NCBI RefSeq assembly: GCF_004010195.1
Contig: NC_057720.1
Span: forward strand, 16,562,095-16,626,094
Direction of reading: 5' to 3'
Length of the DNA: 64,000 nt
From: Chiloscyllium plagiosum
Taxonomy: Eukaryota
The position numbers and the translations under genes were made by a program. Below the pieces are notes generated by a model. That model had not been told where the DNA came from. It made no database searches and worked only from the letters and a program-made list of their open reading frames with translations. Below, piece after piece: positions 1-11,044 of the stretch (position 1 is the stretch's first letter; each line of letters begins with the position of its first letter).

Positions 1-100
1 AGGAGGCACCCAGTCTCCCCAATGTAGAGGAGACCACATTGGGAGCAACAGATACAATAAATGATATTAGTGGATGTGCAAGTAAAACTTTGATGGATGT
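1..100 (-). mobile_element. Penelope-like element GIY-YIG endonuclease fragment (cut by window edge)
   Basis: Minus strand translates to HQSFTCTSTNIIYCICCSQCGLLYIGETG, the PLE GIY-YIG N-terminal motif (IYCI..C..C...YIGET). Confidence 0.85.
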
Positions 101-378
101 CCACCTTCCTAATCTGCAATCTTCTTCCTAACCTCTCCGCCCCCACTCCCACTCCGACACCTCCTTCCACCTATTGCATTTCCAACACCCCTCCCCCAAG
201 TCCCTCCTCCCTATCTTTTATCTTAGCCTGCCGGACACACTTTTCTCATTCCTGAAGAAGGGCTCATGCCTGAAACGTCGATTCTCCTGTTCCTTTGATG
301 CTGCCTGACTTGCTGCGCTTTTCCAGCGACATATTTTTAGCTCTAATCTCCAGCATCTGCAGCCCTCACTTTCTCCTT
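101..378 (+). mobile_element. Penelope-like element 3' end/pseudo-LTR, inverted relative to the adjacent endonuclease fragment; carries an HHR motif
   Basis: C-rich tract, then CCTGAAGAAGGGCTCATGCCTGAAACGTCGA and the tail GATGCTGCCTGAC...CCAGCATCTGCAG...CACTTTCTCC, also seen at the PLE end at 8057-8190. Confidence 0.85.
250..281 (+). ncRNA. Minimal type-I hammerhead ribozyme motif (family A)
   Basis: CUGAAGA (252-258), extra A, helix II GGGC-UCAU-GCCU, GAAA (272-275), palindromic ACGU helix III, GUC cleavage triplet. Confidence 0.7.
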
Positions 379-394
379 GTAGGTTATTTTGATC

Positions 395-460
395 TGAGTG
401 TAGGATAAAAGGTTGGCACAACATAAGGGCCAAAAGGCTTATACTGTCCTACGTTCTACG
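395..460 (+). mobile_element. CR1 LINE 3' tail remnant
   Basis: GGTTGGCACAACAT.AGGGCC.AA.GGC motif followed by a decayed (TTCTATG)-like tail, as in other CR1 ends here. Confidence 0.6.
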
Positions 461-794
461 CGATTCCACCCCTTGGCTCGGCAGCAGGAAGATCCTTTGC
501 TGGTATCTCCAGGTTTTGATAATAGACTCAACTAAAACTTTGAAAAAAAGGCAAGCTCCCTGAATGGCAGCGTTTCGGAACCTTGCTCTCCTCCTAGCGC
601 TGGGCCACTGTCTGCCTCTAGGAAAAGATCCCCACTAAGGGCAGAGTCTTCCAACGTAAGTCTGGAAGGGGGTGAGGCTTGCTCCTTCATCAGCACCATC
701 CAGTGAGCTCTCTGGGTAACTATCCCCACTGTAGTCCCAGGTCAGCTCAGGGCCTTCTAGATCTCATGGTATAGGCAAGACCTAAGTAGCCATG

Positions 795-881
795 GAAATG
801 TGTTGCTGGAAAAGCGCAGCAGGTCAGGCAGCATCTAGGGAACAGGAGAATCGACGTTTCGGGTATTAGCCCTTCTTCAGG
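795..881 (-). mobile_element. 87-bp PLE-derived mini-element consisting of an HHR plus downstream tail
   Basis: Perfect 11-bp TSD AAGTAGCCATG (784-794, 882-892). Minus strand reads CCTGAAGAAGGGCTAATACCCGAAACGTCGATTCTCC... Confidence 0.9.
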
Positions 882-1454
882 AAGTAGCCATGCTCAACTC
901 AGCCTCCAAAGGTGCTTGGTTCAGTTTTTTTTTTGGGGGGGGGGGGGGGAAGAGAAAAGGGGGCCAGGCTCATGTTCCCTGCCCCAATCAAGAAGGGGGA
1001 GGGGCTTTCGGGGGCCATTACCACCTCAGTCCGAGGGGATGCATTGCTAGTACTGGATTCTCCCAGTCACTCAGGCCCTGATGAGTGGAATCTTTTTCAG
1101 GAGCAAGAGACATGTCAATTTCTTTACCACCCCTCCACCTCTCTCCCTTTTTTCTTGTCCTCCATGGGTCTCGGCGCCACAAGGAGCCAGGGAAACTGGG
1201 GGCACTGCTGCTCATGCCCGCACTCATCACTGGCTGGTCCCAGGCTGGGCTTCAAATGCTGTGCTTCTTCAACAGGTCCAATGTTGCTAGTCCCTGAAAG
1301 GGATACCACCCTGATCTGGGGATCGATGGGCTCTGGTCACCCAGGGAATCCAGCGCAGTGGATGCAACTACCTGAGCGTATGAATGACTGAGTCCCACCC
1401 CACATTTTGCTTCACTTACTGGAGGGTGGCGATGTCAGATGTATCTCAAGGGTT

Positions 1455-2570
1455 TTACATTGACTATCAAAAAAGTCAATAGAGTATCAAAAGCAAATTC
1501 TTAATCTATTCAGGATTGAAGGACTGCACTGAAAGAAATGGACTTGCACAATTGATCACCAAAACTGACTTGTTAGAAGGATATTATAATAATGTTCCAC
1601 TGACTGGTAAAGCAAAAGAAAACATCAACTTTTGTAATACCTGATGGACTTTAATTTAAGTCAGTCATGTAGTGTGGAATAAAAAAATTCACCAAAACTT
1701 TCTAACATTTAAACAAAGTAATTGAAAGATTAAATAACAGTGTTGTCTGCATTGATGACTAGGATATGTTCAGGCAAATTTGGGAAGAAAACGTACAACA
1801 CTTCACTCTATATTTTGATCAATAACAAAAAGAAAATTTAGTTATAAATCTGGCTGAAAAAAGTAATTGTTCTAAAGCAAAAAAGAACTCAACCTTGTCC
1901 AACACACAGTGGCATAAATGGCACCCACAGAATTAAAAATAAGGGCTAGTTTGGCTTTTCCCATGTCTCAATTAGGCCATGAAATTTTGCACTAAATTGG
2001 CAAGAGTGGATAGATTTTATCTAACTCTTCTGAACTTCAGCACTGTACTAGTCCCTTTCACAAATCTGTTGTAAAGAAGCCAGAAATGTAAATGGAGTAA
2101 AAGGTGTCAGAATGCCTTTGACAACTTGAAAGTTGTGCTGACAATTATACCAGGGCTTTTAGCAGCACTGAATTATGAGAAGGCATTAAAACTGGCTGTT
2201 GACACCAACATAGTCAGTGTGGGTGCCACTTTGCTACGAGGCAATGAGTTGGGGATCAAATGGCCCGTCAGTTATTCTTATTAACAATAATGATTATAAC
2301 AATAAAAAAACTTAAAAGATAAGTGAATACTTGCGAGCAGAAATATTCAAAGGTGGAGAAAGAAATACCAAGTCTGGTATTGGTCCTGCATCACTTGGCA
2401 ATTTACAAATCTAGCTATTGTTTTCATAGAGACCACAACTTTTGTTTGGAACAATTTCAAGAAAGAACTTGTTATTGAAGTTTAGTACTACAACTAATCA
2501 TTTAAAAAGAATTATTCATTAGCTGGCAAAAACTGTACGAATCACAGCCACCTTACCAAGAGTACTCTTG
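1455..2570 (+). mobile_element. Decayed Gypsy/Ty3 LTR-retrotransposon pol (RT and RNase H)
   Basis: Frameshifted remnants resembling DYRKVN, IEDC, KTDLLEGY, VPLT, TFVIPDGL (RT) and LAALNYEKALKLAVD, YSKVEKE, IIH.AGK (RNase H). Confidence 0.75.
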
Positions 2571-2754
2571 AAGGAAACAGAATTCCACAACCCAAATGGA
2601 TTTAAGTAAATTATGGTTCTTAAAAAATCTTAGAGTAATGAAAACAAATTGCTGTGAACGGAACACAGCAGTATTAAGAACAAGTTTTAAGGATCATTTA
2701 CATTCCCCTCATGAGAATGACATGGAACAATGTGTAATTCATATATTCAGAGTA

Positions 2755-5700
2755 GGCAAATGGCCTCGTGTATTATCGCTTGGGATTATTAATCCAGAAA
2801 CTCAGCTAATATTCTGGGGACCTAGGTTCAAATCCTACCAAGGCAGATGGCTGCATTTGAATTAATTTTTTTTTAAAATCTGGAATTAAGATTCTACTGA
2901 TCACCAGGAAATCATTGTAGACTGTCAGAAAAACCAGTCTGGTTCTCCAATGTCCTTCGGGGAAGGAAATCTGCTATCCTCATCTGGTCTGGCCTATGTA
3001 TGACTCCAGACCCATAGAAATGTGGTTGACTCTCAACTGCCCTCTGAAATGGCCTATCGCTACAAAGTTTCAAAGAAATGAAACCAGACAGATCACCTGG
3101 CATCGACCAAGACATCAAAAAAGACAACTGCAGAAACAGCCCTGATGACCCAGCAAGGTCCTCCTCACTAACATCTGAGTGCCTAGTGCTAAAATTGGGA
3201 AAGCTGTCTCACAAAGTCAAGGAGAAGGGTGACATACTCATGGAGTCATACCTTAATGTCCCAGACAGCACCATCACCACCCTATATATGTCCTGTCTCA
3301 CCAGGAGGACAGGCCGAGCAGAGTGGGGACACAGTCGGGAGGGAGTTGCTGTGGGAGTCCTCAACAGGGGGCCTGGACCCCATGAAGTCTCATGGTTTCA
3401 GGTTAAAACATAGGCAAGGAAACCTCCTGATGATAACCATGTAAAATCTTCCCTCAGCTGATAAATTGGTACTTCATGTTGAGCAACATTTAGAGGAAGC
3501 ATTGACAGTGACAAGGGCACAAAATTAACTCTGGGTGGGGGATTTCAATGTCCACCACCAAGAGTGGCTTGGCAGCAGTACCACAGATGGCCCTAAAGGA
3601 CACTGCTGCTAAACTGGGTCTGCAGCAGATGGTGAGGGAACCAAGAGGGAAAAACATACTTTGCTTCATCCTTCCCAATCTGTCAACTGCATCTGTCCAT
3701 GACAGTATTGGTAAGAGTGACCACCACCCACAATTATTTTAGAAACGAAGTCCTGTCTTCACATTGGGAATAACATCCATCATGTTGTTTGGCAGTGTCA
3801 CCGTGCTAAATGGGACAGACTTTGAACAGATGTAGCAGCTTAAGACTGGACATCCATGAAGCACTGTGGGCTTCATGGAACTCCAGCACAATCAGTAACC
3901 CCATAGCCAAGAACATCCCCCACTCAACAACGACTGTCAAAACAGGGGATCAATGGAGTGTGCAGGAGACCATGTTAGAAGCAGCACCAGGCATATCTGA
4001 AGATGACGTAACAACCTGGTGGAACCAAACAGGACTACTTGCATACAAGCAGCAAGTGATAGACAAAACTTAGCAATCAATGGATCAGATCTCAACTCTG
4101 CAGTTGTGCCACGTCCAGTCGCAAATGTTGGCGGACAATTCAACAACCCACTGGAGGAGAAGGCTCCAAATATCCCCAACCTTAATGATAGAAGAGCCCA
4201 GAACATCAATGCAAAAGACAAGGCTGAAGCATTTGCAGAAATCTTCAGAAGTACCAAGTGAATGATCCATCCTGGCCTCCTCCAGCGGTCCACAGAATTA
4301 CAGATAAGAGTTTTCAGCCAATTCGATTCACTCCACGTGATATCAGGAATCAGTTGGAGACACTGGATACTGCAAAGGCTACAGGCCTTGACTACATTTT
4401 AGCAGCAGTACTGAAAACTGGAGGTCCAGAACTTGCCACACCCCTAGCCAAGCTGTTCTAGTACAGTTACAACAAAGGTATCTACTTGGTAATGCGGAAC
4501 ATTGCTCAAGTCTGCTCTGTGCACAAAAGCAGGACAAATCCGACCCAGCCAGTTACCACCCCATCAGTCTGGAAAATGATGGGAGGTGTCATCAACAATG
4601 CTATCAAGCAGAACCTGCTCAGCAATGCCCAGTTTGGGTTCTGCCAGGGCCACTCAGCTCCAGACCTTCTTACAGCCCTGGTCCAAACATGGACAAAATT
4701 CAGAGTTGGGGCAAGTGACAGCCCTTGACATCAAAGCTGCTTTTGACTTGTGTGGCATCAAGGAGCCCAAGCAAAACTGGAATCAATGCTCATCAGTGGG
4801 CAAACTCTCCAGTGTTTGGAGTCATACCTGACACATCGGGAGATGGCTGTGGTTGTTGGAGGTCAGTCATCTCAGCTCCAGGACATCACTATTCCTCAGA
4901 GTGGTGTCCTCGGCCCAACCATCTTGAGCTGCTTCAATGATCTTACCTCCATTATAAAAGGTGGTAAGTAGGGATGTTTGGCAACAATTGCACAATGATC
5001 AGCATCTTTTGTGAGTCCTCAGATACTGAAGCTATCCATGTTCAAATACAACAAGATCCGGACAATATATCCAGCCTTGAGCAGATGAGTGGTAAGTAAC
5101 AAGTACACCACACAATTGCTAATCTATGACCATCACCAATAAGAGACATAATTTAACTGAGGATCTGAAACCTGAATACAGGCTGAGGTAACTAGCTGTT
5201 GTCAGGAACAACCAAATAATACATAGTCTTGCTCAGTTATGTGGAAATAAAATGGCTTCTTAATGCAAATAAGATGACAAAATGGCTTTGAGGCTGCAAA
5301 TTGACAATTCTGCTTAAAGCTGCAATAAAATGGCTTTTAATCCTGCTAAAGCTGCATAACTGACTAACCACAGTCAACCTCTACATAGATTAGCAGACAA
5401 TGCTTCACTTACAGCATAGAAATAAATAGACAAGACATTACTGGCCATCCGAAATGACTTTTTAGTGCAGGTGCAAAGACTAAGTTCAAGAGATAAGAAT
5501 AGCTAGAATGTTGGAAAACAAAGTTGTTTCCCAGGAAACATCATTGGGTTGAGTTGCTGTCAATAAAACCATTCCATTAATTAATTGGTAATTATGTACG
5601 ATTATAGCCTGTAACTCTCTAAGAAAAGTATTAAAATGTCTTTGTTTTAAGCCATGTGCGCGGCTTCTCTGAGGAACACGCAAGTGTTTAACCTCTGTTT

Positions 5701-6395
5701 CTGGATGAACTGTGCCCAGCCGTATAAAATAAAGTGTGGAATCTGGAAGGACCAGACGGATTGGGTGGTAATTGACCAATCGTAGAACCAAGAGACTCCT
5801 GCAGGGATCGAGATCTTCATAACCACCATCCCTTTGCATTCAAAAGGAGTTATCATCACCGAATCACCCCCAACTACCAACATCCTGGGGGCTATCACTG
5901 ACCAGAATCTCAACTGGACTCACCACAAACACAGTGGCCACAAGGACAGGTAAGAAGCTCAGAATACTGTGGCAATTAACTTATCTCCTGATTCCTCAAA
6001 GCCTGTCCACCATTTACAAGGCACAAGTCAACAGTGTGATGGAATGCTCCCCACTTGCCTGGATGAGTGCAGTCCCAACAACACTCAAGAAGCTTGACAC
6101 TATCCAGGACAAAGCTGCCCACTTGATTGGCATTGTATCCATGAAGCATCTACTCCATCTACCACTGATGCTCAGTAGCAGCAGTGTATACTATCTACAA
6201 GATGCACTGCAGAAATTCAAAGATCCTCAGACAGCATCTTCCAAACCCATAACCACTTCCACTTAGAAGGACAAGGGCAGCAGATATATGGGAACACTAT
6301 CACCTTCACGGTCCCCTCCAAGCCACTCACCAGCCTGACTTGGAAATATATCGCCATTCCTTCACTGTCGTGGGGTCAAAATCCTAGGATTCTCA
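2755..6395 (+). mobile_element. Decayed CR1/L2-group LINE (APE endonuclease + RT) with tRNA-like 5' head; interrupted by a solo LTR
   Basis: B-box GGTTCAAATCC at 2825-2835. Endonuclease remnants (LMESYL, WVGDFNVHH), then KATGLDYI, QFGFCQGHS, LDIKAAFD, PQSGVLGP, NILGAITDQNLNW and IYKAQV.SVME across broken frames. Confidence 0.85.
5158..5819 (+). mobile_element. Solo LTR (ERV-like or Gypsy)
   Basis: TG...CA ends with inverted termini TGAGGATCT/AGATCTTCA, 4-bp TSD TAAC (5154-5157, 5820-5823), TATA-like GTATTAAAA near 5628 and AATAAA at 5728. The host LINE resumes exactly after it. Confidence 0.85.
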
Positions 6396-6411
6396 GCTGA
6401 AGGATTCAATT

Positions 6412-6880
6412 TGTAACATTTACAAACCAGGGGAATTTAGTTAGATATCTGAAAGTTTAGACCCAAGAACATTTCGCTTCTCAGATTTGTGAAAAGATCA
6501 GACTTGGAAAGGGCTCTTCAAATGACTCCACAGTCGATAGCATAGAAGCTATCAGGACTCAGTTGAATAAAAACATTAAAGTTGAGGTATTGGTGTAATT
6601 TCTTTAACTTAAGTAAACTTAAATAGTATTGGGAAACAGGTTAAAAAAACTTTGCTGTATGATGTTTTAAAAAAAGTCATACTCTCATCTACAGGTATTT
6701 AGGGTGCTTAGGTTTTTCTTTCTTGAGCATAAAAAGCTTTTATTCGGATGTTAAAAAAAAATCTACATTCATTTGGAAATATATTTCAGTCACTAATCAT
6801 GACATTAATTAAAATAAAAACGCAAGATCTATCAGGCCAAGTTTCATTTTGGGGTCTGACTTATCTCGTAGATCATAACA
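6412..6880 (+). mobile_element. Possible LTR remnant
   Basis: TGTAAC...CATAACA ends; the 3' end resembles the LTR ends at 24650 and 52704. No TSD found. Confidence 0.35.
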
Positions 6881-7180
6881 AGAGAAGCAGGTTTAGTACC
6901 AATTCAAAGAATAGCATCTGATTTCAGAACAAACTAACATTAAGAGTCCAGGCAACAAAAGAAATAGCCACCACTTGCAGACAAAAACTGGGATGCTCAA
7001 GATTCGAGGATTAAGTGTGTGCAGTTGAGGGGGGATTTGGGACAGGAACAGACTAGAGGTCAGGAGGAAACAAGGCCATAGAAGGATTTGAGAAAAATGA
7101 TAAAAATTTTAAAATGGAGATGCTGTCTAACAGAGCCAGTTAGGTATTCTCTACCATTTTAATGGACAAAAAGATAAGTA

Positions 7181-7396
7181 TAGGCTGCTTTTCTATAACA
7201 CGATGGTTGTTCTTGCGCAACACTGAATTATAGAAAAATTGTGCTTTAGAAACAGCACTTAAAGTGTTGGCGATGTTATGTTAAAGCCAATGCACATTTT
7301 AAAAGTCGCACTTTAGAAGAAAAAGCGTCCCCAATTCACCAAAAGAGATACAGTGAATTAACGTTAATAAAAAGCGCATCATAACAAAACAACCTG
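7181..7396. mobile_element. Tc1/mariner (pogo/Tigger-type) MITE
   Basis: TA on both sides; degenerate terminal inverted repeats TAGGCTGCTTTTCTATAACACG / GCATCATAACAAAACAACCTG. Confidence 0.6.
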
Positions 7397-8152
7397 TAGT
7401 TGTAACTGTAAATTGATTCAGAAACCGATGGATCTTTTTAAATAACTAAATTAGGTATTGTCAAGGGTAAAAGGTGCATGTGCTTGGATTAAATATCAGC
7501 CATGATCTGGTTGAATGGTGGCCAGGATCAAGGGACTGAATGGCTTTTCTTCATCCCATGTTGCTACAATAAATGCAATTGCAAAGTAATAGTCCATCCC
7601 ACTTGTTGGCAGCTACTGTAGGTTTGCACCAACATGTCCAGAAATGTCTCTCAGGAGGAAGAAAAATTAATGACTTGTACTTTGGCCAGATTTTGCCACA
7701 AATATACCAGTGAGATTAACAATGATTAGTATTAGTCTTACATAAATTGGACAGCAATTCACAGCAATCATACATACACGTTGTGAGGGTTTCTGGTGCA
7801 GTGGTATCCTCAGAATCAGAGGTGTGGGTTGAAAGCCCATCTGCCTGAACACACTGACATAAAATGACCATCAGCAAAAGCCTTAAAGCGTCATCAACTG
7901 TGCTGCGAAATCTTTAATAAAAAGGGATTTGGTGGCAAAGTGTTAAAATCACCAGATTAGTAATCCAGAACTCCAAGCTAATGTTCTAAGGACAATCCCA
8001 ACGTGCAGATGGTGAAATTTGTAGTGCTCATGGTACAATGGTAGTGTCCCTACCTCGGAGGAGAAAGTGAGGTCTGCAGATGCTGGAGATCAAAGTTGAA
8101 ACTTTATTGCTGGAACAGCACAGCAGGTCAGGCAGCATCCAGGGAACAGGAG

Positions 8153-8188
8153 ATTCGACGTTTCGGGCACAGGCCCTTCTTCAGGAAT
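8153..8188 (-). ncRNA. Intact minimal type-I hammerhead ribozyme motif (family A)
   Basis: AUUC-CUGAAGA-A-GGGC-CUGU-GCCC-GAAA-CG-UC/GAAU: 4-bp helix I, 4-bp helix II, full core, predicted cut between 8157 and 8156. Confidence 0.85.
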
Positions 8189-8351
8189 GAGCAGAGAGTG
8201 TTCAGCAGGAGAAGATAAAAGGTAGGGAGGAGGGACTTGGAGGAGGGGAGTTGGAAATGTGATAGGTGGAAAGAGGTCAAGGTGAGGGTGATAGGTCGGA
8301 GTAGGACGGAGGCGGAGAGGTCAAGAAGAAGACTGCAGAAGACTGCAAGAA

Positions 8352-8603
8352 NNNNNNNNNNNNNNNNNNNNNNNNNNNNNNNNNNNNNNNNNNNNNNNNN
8401 NNNNNNNNNNNNNNNNNNNNNNNNNNNNNNNNNNNNNNNNNNNNNNNNNNNNNNNNNNNNNNNNNNNNNNNNNNNNNNNNNNNNNNNNNNNNNNNNNNNN
8501 NNNNNNNNNNNNNNNNNNNNNNNNNNNNNNNNNNNNNNNNNNNNNNNNNNNNNNNNNNNNNNNNNNNNNNNNNNNNNNNNNNNNNNNNNNNNNNNNNNNN
8601 NNN
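8352..8603. other. Assembly gap (252 N)
   Basis: Run of N. Confidence 1.
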
Positions 8604-9290
8604 NCTGACGAGGGAGTCGCGGAGGGAGTGGTCTCTACGGAAAGCTGGTAGGGGAGGGGAGGGAAATATATCCTTGGTGGTGGGGTCCGTTTGGAGGTGG
8701 CGGAAGTGACGGCGGATGATGCGCTGTACATGGAGATTGGTGGGGTGGTAGGTGAGGGCCAGTGGGGTTCTGTCCTGGTGGCGGTTGGAGGGGCGGGGCT
8801 CAAGGGCGGGGGAGCGGGAAGTGGAGGAGATGCGGTGGAGGGGACCGTCGACCACGTCGGGGGGGAAATTGCGGTCCTTGTAGAAGGAGGCCATCTGTGT
8901 TGTACGTATTTTGTACTGGTCCTCCTGGGAGCAGATGCGGCGGAGACGAAGGAATTGGGAGAATGGGATGGCGTTTTTACAGGGGGCAGGATGGGAGGAG
9001 GTGTAGTCCAGGTAGCTGTGGGAGTCGGTAGGTTTGTAGTAGATGTCCGTGTTGATTCGGTCGCCTGAGATAGAAACAGAAAGGTCTAGGAAGGGGAGGG
9101 AGGAGTCCGAGACTGTCCAGGTGAATTTGAGGTCGGGGTGGAAGGTGTTGGTGTAGTGGATGAACTGTTCAACCTCCTCGTGGGAGCACGAGGTAGCGCC
9201 GATACAGTCATCAATGTAGCGAAGGAAAAGATGGGGGGTGGGGCCAGTGTAGTTGCGGAAGATGGATTGTTCCACATACCCTACGAAGAG
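8604..9290 (-). CDS. Penelope-like reverse transcriptase, C-terminal part (partial, stop-free; TE-encoded)
   Basis: LFVGYVEQ...FLRYIDD...FHPDLKFT...LPFLDL...YYKPTDSHSYLDYTSSHP...SQFLRLRRICS, diagnostic of PLE RT and thumb. Confidence 0.9.
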
Positions 9291-10095
9291 GCTCTGGGCA
9301 ATGGGGCCCTGGATCCAAATTCCACCTGTCCCGGAGTATTTAATAACAACTGAACATGTTGAAATACAAAATATCTACATTCAACTATTACACTCAAAAA
9401 TGTGACACACTGCTGCCCCAGACAAAGCACTATTTTGCTGCCTTCTTTGCCTGTCTAAATTGTCTCAAGTTCCTGTAGATATTGTCATTGAGACAGATGA
9501 AACTTCACACACAAAACGTTAGACTGGAATGATGACTTCAGTGCGATTCAACAGAATGGTAAGTTTTAATTACTATCATCTGCCACTAAGAAAAATAAAC
9601 TTCAATAAGTCTCATGTTTCTCAAACCAAAATGGTGATCCAATCATTTTGCTGTAGTAAAATTACTCAACTAGATTTATCTCACTCATATCAAATAAAAC
9701 AAACTTACTGAGGGGAATTCTGCTACTTGGGGCCAAAAGATGGTCACAACTAAATTCAACTGTGAAATCAGAAAAAAATGTCTTCAAGAAAATGGTGAGA
9801 ATGTGACAACTAAAAATTAGGCAAACAATAGGCATATAGCTATTATGAAGTTGAAAGAAGCAGACAGTTAACTTGATAAAATGTGAGGAACTGGCTAGGA
9901 AGAAGCTCCTGCAGCATCCACTACTAACACTAACCTATTGGGCTGAATGTCCTACTCGTTTCAGTGTGGTAAAATCTAAAAGGCACAGAGCCCGACATAT
10001 TCAGCTTTTAATTACTTTTGGGGATTTTCTTGGTTGAATTTTACAAAATATTTTACGTTTACTTTCTGACTTGCCATTTGAATTCACCACTGACA

Positions 10096-10706
10096 TGTTC
10101 TTTTATTTCTGAGGATCTTACACACTTTATGTAACTGAAACACACCAACTTCTGTGAAGATGTAACTAAATTTATTAAGCACAGTACAAGCTTGGTGACC
10201 CCCTTTGATCCTCTTCACAGGCATGCGAAGTCTGGTCAAAGAGAGGCACTGAACAAAGAGAAAACATCCCCTTTATACAGATCAGTTGCAATGCTTACAG
10301 ATACTCTGGCCACTCCCCCAGTCACATGCCACCTCAAGACAGCCCCAGTTACTCAGTCACATGTTACCAAGGTACAATGGCAGGATAAAACCATCCTCAG
10401 ATAATGCAAATGCTAATGCCCTAATATTGGTGAATTGTTATGCAGACGATTTCCTGACTATGAATCCTGAAGATAATGCAGGTACGACATACCTCTGGCC
10501 AGAAAGCATTTCTGAATGGAAGAGATTGAATTGAGAGTTTAACTTGACAATAGCAGGGGAGTAATGTTTAAATGAAGTGTAAATTACAATGGATAGTCAT
10601 CCACATTCTTACATAGCTTTCAGACCCACCTGAAGACAGTGCAGCTTAACTCTTTAATGTTACATTACTGTCCAGAGATAGTCCCATTTAATCTTTTAAC
10701 ATTACA
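10096..10706 (-). mobile_element. Solo LTR, same family as 27940-28606
   Basis: Minus strand starts TGTAATGTTAAAAGATTA and ends AAAGAACA. Shares blocks GATGACTATCCATTGTAA, TTCCATTCAGAAATGCTTT, AAAGGGGATGT and CAGAAGTTGGTG with 27940-28606. Confidence 0.65.
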
Positions 10707-10744
10707 GACTAACACTGGTTGAGTGTACTGCTCATGGTTAAATC

Positions 10745-10875
10745 CGTAAATGCAATCTCCTCTAAACTGGGGACACCAAACACCAACTCAGGTGACCACT
10801 TTACAGGACACCTCAACTCAGTCAAAAAGCACGACTCTGAACTCCCAGATGTTTGTAATTTCAATTCACTACCTC
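10745..10875 (+). mobile_element. Old PLE GIY-YIG remnant
   Basis: GDHFTGHLNSVKKHDSELPDVCNFNS resembles the PLE endonuclease (GDRFAEHL.SV...P.LPVA.HFNS). Confidence 0.6.
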
Positions 10876-11044
10876 ATCATAAGACCTTAAGAAAGGGGAC
10901 CAGAATTAGGCCATTCAACCCATGGAGTCCGCTTTGCAATTCAAATCACATTTCTCTACGCCATTCTCCTGCCTTCTCCCATCATTGCTCCCCTTGTTAA
11001 ACAAAAAATTAATTCCGCTCAACAATCCATGTGCCTCTCCAAGA

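Larger units (their letters stand above)
8057..9291 (-). mobile_element. 5'-truncated young Penelope-like retroelement inserted into a tRNA-derived SINE
   Basis: Open RT frame 9290-8604, N-gap, then pLTR tail with HHR. The flanks GGTAGTGTCCCTACCTC | TGGGC...TCCAAATTCCACC rejoin into a SINE head. Confidence 0.92.

Noticed and set aside
8328..8351. Repeat GAAGACTGCA-GAAGACTGCA next to the gap
   Set aside because: At a contig edge; likely an assembly artefact.
9479..9558. Plus-strand AG...GTAAGT exon candidate
   Set aside because: Stops in all three frames and no supporting neighbours.
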